From Armatimonadota bacterium (lineage in GTDB: Bacteria; Armatimonadota; JAAZEB01): a stretch of DNA of 60,778 nucleotides. The notes below the pieces were generated by a model that was given only the letters and a program-made list of their open reading frames with translations, was not told the DNA's origin and searched no databases. Shown here piece after piece: positions 1-7,535 of the stretch (its first letter is position 1; every line of letters starts with the position of its first letter). Both the position numbers and the translations under genes were made by a program. Location: positions 1 through 60,778 of the forward strand of contig JAAZEB010000080.1 of NCBI GenBank assembly GCA_012512505.1. The letters run 5' to 3'.

Positions 1-1
1 G

Positions 2-316
2 CGCGCCGCGTGGTGCGACTACTCTGGCCCGGTGGAGGGCAAGTGGGTCGGCATCGCCGTCTTCGACCACCCGGGCAACCTGCGCTACCCCACCTACTGG
101 CACGTGCGCGACTACGGCCTGATGACCGCCAACATGTTCGGCCTCTCGGCGTTCTACAACGACCCGGAGCGCCGCGGCGACTACGTGCTGCCGGCCGGCC
201 AGAGCCTGCGCTTCCGCTACCGCATCTACGTCCACCCCGGCGATGCCCGCCAGGGCGCCGTCGCCGCCAAGTACCACGACTTCATCAATCCCCCAGCCGT
301 CACCGTGGCAGCCTAA
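2..316 (+). CDS. C-terminal part of a PmoA-like (DUF6807-type) protein; 5' end lies outside the window
   Basis: The frame of ORF 32..316 stays open back to the window edge and ends at TAA 314-316. GC3 bias is strong. The peptide GIAVFDHPGNLRYPTYWHVRDYGLMTANMFG recalls the PmoA-like family; this assignment is from memory only. Confidence 0.5.
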   Translation, partial: RAAWCDYSGPVEGKWVGIAVFDHPGNLRYPTYWHVRDYGLMTANMFGLSAFYNDPERRGDYVLPAGQSLRFRYRIYVHPGDARQGAVAAKYHDFINPPAVTVAA

Positions 317-344
317 CGCGCCGCACCACGCGCAACCCTTCGGC

Positions 345-400
345 GTCGGAAACCCCTCCTACCCCGGGACACCCGTTCCGGAGGAGAAGGGGTTTCCGAC
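345..400. repeat. REP-like inverted repeat of the GTCGGA(A/G)ACCCCTCCTAC family
   Basis: The arms gtcggaaacccctcct (345-360) and ggagaaggggtttccgac (382-400) share a perfect 12-bp complementary core. The same word family recurs at 11863-11931, 12140-12154 and 13510-13608. Confidence 0.6.
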
Positions 401-534
401 CATCCTCCTACCTGTCGGCGTCAGAGACCGCGGTCGGAGCGCCGGCCAGAGGCCGGCGATCCGGCCGTGTGCCGCGATTGGGGGTGCGGACACCCGGGTA
501 AAACAACGCGGATTGGCGTCGAGGGGAGGAGCCG

Positions 535-837
535 ATGGCTGCGAAGGTGTTGGAAGGGCCGCTGATTCTGGAGCCGGTGAGCCAGTTCGAGCGAATGCCG
601 CGGGAACTGCAGGGCCCCGATCTGCGCGGCCGCGACGTGGTGAACCCGGTGGGCAACATCGTGGGGCGGGTGGAAGACCTGTTCGTTGATGCCGGCACCA
701 ACGAGGTAAAACTAGTGCGCCTCCAGTTGACCGGCACGCACGGGCGCGCCACCCGGGAGGTGCTGGTGCCGCTGGAAGACGTGGAGATCCTCAACGACCG
801 GGAGGTGCGCGTGCGCCCGGTGGAAGCCGGCCTCTAG
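535..837 (+). CDS. PRC-barrel domain protein
   Basis: 100-aa ORF preceded by GGGGAGGAG. The peptide LRGRDVVNPVGNIVGRVEDLFVDAGTNEVKLVRLQ is typical of PRC-barrel proteins. Confidence 0.65.
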   Translation: MAAKVLEGPLILEPVSQFERMPRELQGPDLRGRDVVNPVGNIVGRVEDLFVDAGTNEVKLVRLQLTGTHGRATREVLVPLEDVEILNDREVRVRPVEAGL

Positions 838-1008
838 AGGGTGTTTGCCCCGCCCGGCGGCGGCACGCCTGAGGGCCGGCCGTGCCCACCGCCGCTGCCA
901 GGGCGGCCTGCCGTGGCCGCCCGGCAGAGCCGGCTCCGGCGCAGGAGGTGAGCGTTCGGCCGAGAAGACTCATCGCGGCAGCGATTCCTTGTGCGAAAGG
1001 AGTGCCCG

Positions 1009-1776
1009 ATGAGTTTCGGCACCATGTCGTTCTTCAGCAAGGCCCTTGGCCGTCCGAAGAGCTATACCATTCTGCTCCCCGATTACGAAGGCGCCACGGG
1101 CGGGCCGTATCCGGTCCTCTACCTGTTGCACGGTCTCTCCGATGACCACCGCGCCTGGTCGTCGTGGACCAGCCTCGACCGCTACGTGCGCCCGTTCCCC
1201 TTGATCGTGGTGATGCCCGACGGCGAGCGGTCCTTCTACAACAACACTGCCGACGGCGCTCCCTACGAGGATTACCTGATGCAGGACCTGATCCCCCACG
1301 TGGAGGGCTGCTATAACGTGCTGAAAGGCGCGCGCCATACCGCCATTGGTGGCCTCTCCATGGGCGGCTATGGGGCGATGAAGCTGGGCCTGAAGTACCC
1401 GGACCGCTTTGGCTCGGTGGGGGCACACTCCGGCGCCCTCGCCGCGGCCCGGCACGCCTGGGAGAATGCCGACCGCCCCGAGCTCCAGCGCCTGTTTGGC
1501 CCGGTGGGCTCGCGCACACGCACCGAGAACGACCCGTTCGCCCTGGCCGAGCGGATCCCGCGCGAGAAGCTGCCGGCACTCTACTTCGATTGCGGCACCG
1601 AGGACTTTCTCCTGGAAGACAACCGTGCCTTCCACGCGCACCTCGAGCACCTTGGGATCGCCCACGAGTACCGGGAGTACCCCGGCGCGCACAACTGGGA
1701 GTACTGGGACGAGCACATCCGCCAGTCGCTGGCGCACCATTGCCAGGCCCTCGGCATCACCGCCGTGCAAGCGTAG
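1009..1776 (+). CDS. Esterase-family alpha/beta hydrolase (putative esterase / S-formylglutathione-hydrolase-like)
   Basis: ATG at 1009 is preceded by AAAGGAG. It carries the nucleophile elbow GLSMGG, the motif YPVLYLLHGLSDDH and a C-terminal PGAHNWEYW, as in the esterase D / putative esterase family. Confidence 0.8.
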   Translation: MSFGTMSFFSKALGRPKSYTILLPDYEGATGGPYPVLYLLHGLSDDHRAWSSWTSLDRYVRPFPLIVVMPDGERSFYNNTADGAPYEDYLMQDLIPHVEGCYNVLKGARHTAIGGLSMGGYGAMKLGLKYPDRFGSVGAHSGALAAARHAWENADRPELQRLFGPVGSRTRTENDPFALAERIPREKLPALYFDCGTEDFLLEDNRAFHAHLEHLGIAHEYREYPGAHNWEYWDEHIRQSLAHHCQALGITAVQA

Positions 1777-1866
1777 CACCCGGCCACGACCGTCCGCGCC
1801 GCAGGCCGAGCCACCCGGCGGGAGTGGTTGGATCCGGATGCCCGGCCGTGGTAGAATGAGGGGGAG

Positions 1867-2910
1867 ATGGCGGAGGCGACCCTGAGCGAACGGATCAAAG
1901 TGGCGGCGCGTGCTCTGGGGTTCGAGTTGGTGGGCATCGCGCCGGCCGAGCCGGGCCCGCACGCGGCGTTCCTGGAGGAGTGGCTGGCCCGCGGTTACGC
2001 CGCCGGAATGGCCTACCTGGGCCGTGACCCGGAGAAGCGGCAAGACCCCCGGAAGGTCGTGCCGGACGCGCGCGCGGTGGTCGTCTGCGGCATGAGCTAC
2101 TACCCCGGCCCGGAGCCGGAGGGCACCGGGGCGGTGGGCCGGGGAATCGTGGCGCGCTACGCCCGCGGCAACGACTACCACGACGTGCTCGGCGAGAAGC
2201 TGCAGGCGCTGTTGGCATTTATCCAGGCCCAGGCGCCGGCGGGGGCAGCCGGCCGCGCCTACGTGGACACCGGGCCAGTGCTGGAGCGAGAGGTGGGCGC
2301 GCTGGCGGGCCTGGGGCAGTTTGGCAAGAACACCACCCTCATCAGCCGCGCCCTCGGCTCCTACTTCTTCCTGGGCGTGGTGATCACCACCCTCGCCCTG
2401 GAGCCCGACCCGCCGGCGTCCTGGAACCTCTGCGGGAGCTGCACCCGCTGTCTCGATGCCTGCCCCACCGGCGCCCTGCGCGCTCCCTATGAGCTGGACG
2501 CGCGCCTCTGCATCTCTTATCTGACTATCGAGCACCGGGGAAGCATCCCCCGGGAGCTGCGCGCCGCGATCGGGGATCGCGTTTTCGGCTGCGACATCTG
2601 CCAGGAGGTGTGCCCCTGGAACCGCCGCGCCCAACCGTGTCGCGAGCCAGCGTTGGCCCCCCGGCCGGAGGCGGAAGCGCCACTGCTGGCCGAACTGCTG
2701 GCACTGAGCCAGGAGGAGTTCTCCCGGCGCTTCCGGGGCAGCGCCGTGAAGCGGGCGAAGTGCCAGGGGCTGCGCCGCAACGCCGCCGTGGCGCTGGGCA
2801 ACACGCGCGACCCCGCCTACGCCCCGGTCCTCACCCGCGCGCTGGCCGACCCCGATCCGGTGATCCGCGAGCACGCTAGCTGGGCGCTGGAGCAGGTGGG
2901 CGGGGAGTAG
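1867..2910 (+). CDS. queG: tRNA epoxyqueuosine(34) reductase (B12- and 4Fe-4S-dependent)
   Basis: N-terminus MAEATLSERIKVAARALGFELVGIA. Two ferredoxin motifs are present: CGSCTRCLDACP and CDICQEVCPWN. It also has CISYLTIEHRG and a C-terminal HEAT-like DPDPVIREHASWAL. Confidence 0.9.
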   Translation: MAEATLSERIKVAARALGFELVGIAPAEPGPHAAFLEEWLARGYAAGMAYLGRDPEKRQDPRKVVPDARAVVVCGMSYYPGPEPEGTGAVGRGIVARYARGNDYHDVLGEKLQALLAFIQAQAPAGAAGRAYVDTGPVLEREVGALAGLGQFGKNTTLISRALGSYFFLGVVITTLALEPDPPASWNLCGSCTRCLDACPTGALRAPYELDARLCISYLTIEHRGSIPRELRAAIGDRVFGCDICQEVCPWNRRAQPCREPALAPRPEAEAPLLAELLALSQEEFSRRFRGSAVKRAKCQGLRRNAAVALGNTRDPAYAPVLTRALADPDPVIREHASWALEQVGGE

Positions 2911-3022
2911 ACCCCGGGCGCTCTCCCGCAGGCGGGCAGGAGGCGCCATGGCGTGAGACGGACCGCCGCACGGGCCTTTGTGCCGTTCAGCAATCCCCGC
3001 GCCGCCGCGGGAGGAAGGAAGC

Positions 3023-4003
3023 ATGCCAATGGGAATGAGCAGTCGCGAAGTGGTGATCCGCACGGTGAAGTTCGCGGGGCCAGACCGGCTGCCGCGCGAC
3101 TTCCCGGCGCCGTTCGGCTCCGACTTCGCCTGGGTGGGGCCAGACCCCTCGCCAGACGCCCGGCCGCGCAGTGGGCGCGACGAATGGGGCGCGCTGTGGC
3201 GCAACATTGGCGCCTCCGGCCTGGGCGAGGTGGCCGAGTTCCCCCTGACCGACTGGGCCGACTTCGCCACGCTGTCGATCCCGGACGTGCGCGACTCGCG
3301 GCGGTGGGGTGCCCTGGCCGGCGTGCGCGAGCGCGCGGGCAACCTGTTCCTGATGGGCGGCGGCTTCTCCCTCTACGAGCGCGTCCACTTCATCCGTGGC
3401 CTGGAGAACACCTGGGCCGACCTCTACGAGCACCCCGACGAACTGCGCCGCCTGCTGGAGGTGCTCGTCGACATGAACCTGGTCGCCATCGAGAAGTACG
3501 CCAGTGCGGGCGTGGATGGCCTCATGTTCTGCGACGACTGGGGCCTGCAGAACCGTCTGATGATCTCTCCCGAGAAGTGGCGCGAGTTCTGGAAACCGTG
3601 CTACGCCCGCGTTTGGGGCGCCGCCCACGAAGCCGGGATGCTCACCTTCCTCCATAGCTGCGGCTACATCACCGACATCCTGGACGACCTGATCGAGGCC
3701 GGCCTCGACGTGATCCAGATGGACCAGCAAGAGAACATGGGCCTGGAGCGCCTCTCCGAGGGCTGGGCCGGCCGCATCACCTTCTATTGCCCGGTGGACA
3801 TCCAGAAGACGATGTGCTATGGGTCACTCGACGAGATCCGGGCCTACTGCCGGAAGCTGGTGCGGTTCCTCGGCCGGCCAGAGGGGGGCTTCATCCCGAA
3901 GTGGTATGGCGACCCGGTCGGGGCCGGCCACCGTCAGGAAGCGATCAACGCCATGTGCGAGGAGTTCCTGCGGATCAGCGAGGAGCTCTATGGGCACAAG
4001 TGA
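3023..4003 (+). CDS. Uroporphyrinogen-decarboxylase (URO-D) family protein, MtaA/CmuA-like methyltransferase paralog
   Basis: ATG at 3023 follows GGAGGAAGGAAG. The peptide FCDDWGLQNRLMISPEKWREFWKPCY...FLHSCGYITDILDDLIEAGLDVIQMDQ matches the C-terminal barrel of URO-D family methyltransferases. Confidence 0.8.
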   Translation: MPMGMSSREVVIRTVKFAGPDRLPRDFPAPFGSDFAWVGPDPSPDARPRSGRDEWGALWRNIGASGLGEVAEFPLTDWADFATLSIPDVRDSRRWGALAGVRERAGNLFLMGGGFSLYERVHFIRGLENTWADLYEHPDELRRLLEVLVDMNLVAIEKYASAGVDGLMFCDDWGLQNRLMISPEKWREFWKPCYARVWGAAHEAGMLTFLHSCGYITDILDDLIEAGLDVIQMDQQENMGLERLSEGWAGRITFYCPVDIQKTMCYGSLDEIRAYCRKLVRFLGRPEGGFIPKWYGDPVGAGHRQEAINAMCEEFLRISEELYGHK

Positions 4004-4318
4004 TCCTCGTGGAAGGAGACGGATATAGCGAAGCTGGGTAAGGGCTGGCTTGTTTGGGCAGTGGTCGTGGCGACGTCAGCCTTGACGACGCTGCTATGCA
4101 ACATGATAATGCGAGCAACCCCCGCTACCGCACAGGCGCCGCCAACGGTGCCTGTCGCGGCGGCGATCAGCGCAGATGGCCACTTCGCCGTCATCGTCAA
4201 GCCGAATTCCTAAATGGTGCTCCGCCCATCATCAGATAACCCGCGAGACAGGGAGAATATGGCCTGGTGAGAACGCGGGGCGCCGACATGCGCGCGTTAC
4301 TGGCGGCGGAGGCACCCT

Positions 4319-5464
4319 TCAGTAGGCGCCGCATTCCTGCAGCGTTTCCCACATCGCGAGGAGGTTCTCGGGGGGCACGTCCGCCTGGATGTTGTGGACG
4401 GTGGTGAAGACGAAGCCGCCGCCGGGCGCCAGGTCGTCAATGCGCCGCCGCACCTCGTCGCGCACCTCCTGGGGCGTGCCGCGCGGCAGCACCCGCTGCG
4501 TGTCTACGCCTCCGCCCCAGAAGACCAGGTCGCGCCCGAACTCGCGCTTGAGGACGCGCGTGTCCATCCCCGCGGCGCTCACCTGCACCGGGTTCAGGAT
4601 ATCGACACCCACCTCGATCAGATCGGGCAGAATCTCGACGACGCTGCCGCACGTGTGGTAGAAGGTGTAGACGGGCGCCTGCTTCTTGATGTGGGAGAAG
4701 AGCGCCGCCTGCCGGGGCTTCACCATCTCCCGGTAGGCCTTCGGGTTCATCAGGAGGCACTGCTGCATCCCCAGGTCGTCGCCCTCCATGGCAATGTCGA
4801 CCAGGTCGCCCACCTCGGCGAGCGCGCGCTCCCAATAGCGCAGCTTCGTCTCCAGGACGAGATCGAGCACCGCCTCAGCCATCGGGCGGTCGGCGGCCAG
4901 GTCGGTGAAGAAGGTCTCGAAGCCGCGCAGCCACAGGCTCATCTCGGTGAGGCCAGCGCAGATGCCCCCCAGGACCACGGCGCACCCGCTGGCGCGGGCG
5001 GCCTCGGCGCGCTCCCTCAGCCCCACAAAACGCGCCGGGTCCTGCGGGTCGGGCCAGGGGAAGCGGCGGACCTCCTCGGGCGCGGCGGCATCGGCTAGAG
5101 GATGGCCGCACAAGTCGTAGTAGCGACGCTCCTCCTTCGGCATGCGCCGCGGCAAGCCCCACTGGTCGGTGTAGTAGTGGTAGCGCGCGTCCTCCTCGAT
5201 GCGGAGCTCCCAGCCCGAGGGGTTCCCGCTGGCAATGCCGCGCGTATCCACCCGGAGCGCCTGCAGCGCATCCTCGTCAACGACGGCAAGCTGCTGGGTG
5301 AGGTCGCTGATGGCCGGTTCGCGGGGCGGCAGGCCGAGCGCCAAGCGCAGGCGAGCGTAGGCGATGCGGTGGATGCCCGTCACCTTGGTGGAGCCAAGGT
5401 CGAACGGCACCCGGTCGGGTTCCCGGTGGCTCAACGCCGTCAGCACGCGGTCACGAGGGGTCAT
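4319..5464 (-). CDS. URO-D family protein, MtaA/CmuA-like methyltransferase paralog
   Basis: N-terminus MTPRDRVLTALSHREPDRVPFD, preceded by AGGAGGTGA. It contains YHTCGSVVEILPDLIEVGVDILNPVQ. It is the last gene of the minus-strand corrinoid cluster. Confidence 0.85.
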   Translation of the reverse strand: MTPRDRVLTALSHREPDRVPFDLGSTKVTGIHRIAYARLRLALGLPPREPAISDLTQQLAVVDEDALQALRVDTRGIASGNPSGWELRIEEDARYHYYTDQWGLPRRMPKEERRYYDLCGHPLADAAAPEEVRRFPWPDPQDPARFVGLRERAEAARASGCAVVLGGICAGLTEMSLWLRGFETFFTDLAADRPMAEAVLDLVLETKLRYWERALAEVGDLVDIAMEGDDLGMQQCLLMNPKAYREMVKPRQAALFSHIKKQAPVYTFYHTCGSVVEILPDLIEVGVDILNPVQVSAAGMDTRVLKREFGRDLVFWGGGVDTQRVLPRGTPQEVRDEVRRRIDDLAPGGGFVFTTVHNIQADVPPENLLAMWETLQECGAY

Positions 5465-5520
5465 CGGCTCACCTCCTGGGGCGTGAAGCGCAACGCGTGA
5501 TGCGCAAGACTGACGCCCGC

Positions 5521-5551
5521 TCTTCTCACGCGTTACGCGTTACTTCTCACG
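5521..5551. repeat. Nested short direct repeats: TTCTCACG x2 flanking ACGCGTT x2
   Basis: The sequence reads tcttctcacgcgttacgcgttacttctcacg. The heptamer acgcgtt occurs at 5528-5534 and 5535-5541. The octamer ttctcacg occurs at 5523-5530 and 5544-5551. The element spans the stop codon of the Fe-S gene and the leader of the next URO-D gene. Confidence 0.8.
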
Positions 5552-6431
5552 TCTCCTCGATGCCCATCCGCAGCAGGAGCCGGGAGTGGACGTGGGCGCG
5601 CAGGGCATCCAGGCCGAGGCGCTGCACCAGTGCCCCCAGGCGCTCGCGGGGCTGCCCGCGGTCGCGCAGGAAGGAGAGGATGCGCAGGGCAATGCCCGCG
5701 GCCTCGCGCTCCGGGAGGAAGCGGGCGAGGACCGTGCCGAACTGCGGCCGGCGCCCGCCGTGTCCCCCGACGTAGACGGTGTAACCAACGCGCCCGGGGC
5801 GCAGCGCGTGCAACTCACAGGCGGCGATGCAGGCGCCGCAGTTGTCGCAGCGCAGTGGATCGCGGCGCGGCAGCCCACGGCGCATCGTCAGCGCGCGCTC
5901 GTCGCAGATCCCGGCGCACCGGCCGCAGCCGTTGCAGGCCGCGCGGTCGAGCACCGGGTCCACGGTACCCACGAAGCCGATGTCAGCCAACTGCGGCGCC
6001 GTACACCCGCTGGAGCAGGCGGCGATCGCGATGCGCACCGGCGAGGGATACTCCTCGCCGCCCAGCAAGAGGTCCAGCATGCTGGCCAGGCCGCGGGCAT
6101 CCACAAAGCAATGGGCGCACTTCTCCTGGCCGGTGCAGACCACCACGTTTTGCGGGTGAGCGCCTGGGCTGCCGGTAGGCAGCCCGGCGGCGGTCAGCGT
6201 CTGCTGAAGGACGGGAAGGTCCCCAAAGCTCACCCCTGGGATCTCAACGCCCTGGCGAGCGGCAAGTTGCACGTAGCCCAGTCCATACTCCCGGGCAACT
6301 TCAGATAGGGTTAGAAGCTGGTCTGCGGAAAGCATCCCCGTTGGCGCGCGCAGCCTCACGGCGAAACGTTCTCGCCCCTGCTCGGCTGCGCCCTGCGGAA
6401 GCCCCACCGCCCGCTCCGGGGGCGCACTCAT
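5547..6431 (-). CDS. Small sulfite/nitrite-reductase-like hemoprotein with an inserted 2x[4Fe-4S] ferredoxin domain
   Basis: I chose the internal ATG at 6431 (MSAPPER), which is preceded by GAGGATGAGGG and lies 7 nt after the upstream stop. The siroheme/cluster motif C-x5-C (CTGQEKC) plus C-x3-C (CSSGC) is present. There are two CxxCxxCxxxC motifs (CNGCGRCAGIC and CDNCGACIAAC). The N-terminal FAVRLRAPTGMLSADQL resembles the NIR_SIR ferredoxin-like half-domain. Confidence 0.75.
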   Translation of the reverse strand: MSAPPERAVGLPQGAAEQGRERFAVRLRAPTGMLSADQLLTLSEVAREYGLGYVQLAARQGVEIPGVSFGDLPVLQQTLTAAGLPTGSPGAHPQNVVVCTGQEKCAHCFVDARGLASMLDLLLGGEEYPSPVRIAIAACSSGCTAPQLADIGFVGTVDPVLDRAACNGCGRCAGICDERALTMRRGLPRRDPLRCDNCGACIAACELHALRPGRVGYTVYVGGHGGRRPQFGTVLARFLPEREAAGIALRILSFLRDRGQPRERLGALVQRLGLDALRAHVHSRLLLRMGIEET

Positions 6432-6438
6432 ACCACCC

Positions 6439-7494
6439 TCATCCTCTCGCTCCGAACTCCTCCACGGCCTGGAAGAACGCCAGAATGTTCTCCCAAGGCA
6501 CATCCGGTTCCAACACGTGCGTCGGGGCAATCACAATGCCCGGCCAGAAGAGGTCTATCATCTCTCGCACGGTCTGGCGCACGTCCGCCGGGGTGCCAAA
6601 CGGCATCACCGTCTGCGTGCCGATGGTGCCCCAGAAAGCCAATCGGTCGCCATACCGCTCCTTCAACCAGCGCAGGTCGAGACACTCCGGCTGCACCGGG
6701 TTCAGCACGGTGACTCCCACCTCGATCAGGTCGTCGATGATGTCGACGATCTTGCCGTCGCTGTGGTACCACACCGGGATCTCCGGGCGCACGGCGCGCG
6801 CGGCGGCGATGACCCGGGCCAGCCGGGGCTTCAGGAAGCGGCGCCACTCGGCCGGCTTCATCATCAGCCGGTCCTGCATCCCCACGTCGTCGCCAACGCG
6901 CAGCATGTCGACGCCCGCCTCGGCGAACCGGCGAGCGCGGAAGGCGTTGTCTTCCGTGATACGATCCAGGACGCGCTCCACCAGGGCCGGGTTCAGCACC
7001 ATGTCCTCGAAGAACTTCTCGAAGCCGAGGATCTGCCACGCCAACTCGAAGATGTGTCCGGCAAAGCCATCCACGAAGAGACCGCGCGCGTGCAGGTCGG
7101 CCACCTGCTGTTCGAGGTGCGCGTGCCGGTAAGAGGGCCGCACGTCCGGCCATGGGTAGGCGTCCACCTCCTGCACCGAGGTGGCGTGGCGCAGCGGGAA
7201 GACGTAGCGGCTGAAGTGGTAGAAGTCACCGGGGATGTTGCCAGTGCCGTACTCGCCGATCGCGATCGGGCGGTCGCTCTGCAGGTCGGCGTAGTAAGCC
7301 TGGTAGTCCGGGTTCTCCTTGAGCGGGCCGAAGCCAACGCCTCGCGTCTCCATGCCGAAGTACTCGGCGGGATCCGAGGCGCCGGTCTCCTGGCGAAAAC
7401 GCTCGTACACCGCCGGCGTGAAGCCTGCCTCCTTCGGCACGCGATCCGGTGGCTGCCGGTTCACTGCCGCCAGCACTCGTTCCCTCGGGGTCAT
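6439..7494 (-). CDS. URO-D family protein, MtaA/CmuA-like methyltransferase paralog
   Basis: N-terminus MTPRERVLAAVNRQPPDRVP, preceded by GAGGAGG. It contains WYHSDGKIVDIIDDLIEVGVTVLNPVQPE. It starts 41 nt downstream of fhs. Confidence 0.85.
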   Translation of the reverse strand: MTPRERVLAAVNRQPPDRVPKEAGFTPAVYERFRQETGASDPAEYFGMETRGVGFGPLKENPDYQAYYADLQSDRPIAIGEYGTGNIPGDFYHFSRYVFPLRHATSVQEVDAYPWPDVRPSYRHAHLEQQVADLHARGLFVDGFAGHIFELAWQILGFEKFFEDMVLNPALVERVLDRITEDNAFRARRFAEAGVDMLRVGDDVGMQDRLMMKPAEWRRFLKPRLARVIAAARAVRPEIPVWYHSDGKIVDIIDDLIEVGVTVLNPVQPECLDLRWLKERYGDRLAFWGTIGTQTVMPFGTPADVRQTVREMIDLFWPGIVIAPTHVLEPDVPWENILAFFQAVEEFGARG

Positions 7495-7535
7495 CGCGGT
7501 TCCTCCTCAACACAAACGCACCGGTGGTGGCTCGC

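Noticed and set aside
970-3342. 790-aa minus-strand ORF
   Set aside because: It is antisense to three well-supported plus-strand genes (esterase, queG, URO-D). Its R/A/G/P-rich composition is typical of out-of-frame reading of GC-rich DNA, and it has no motif.
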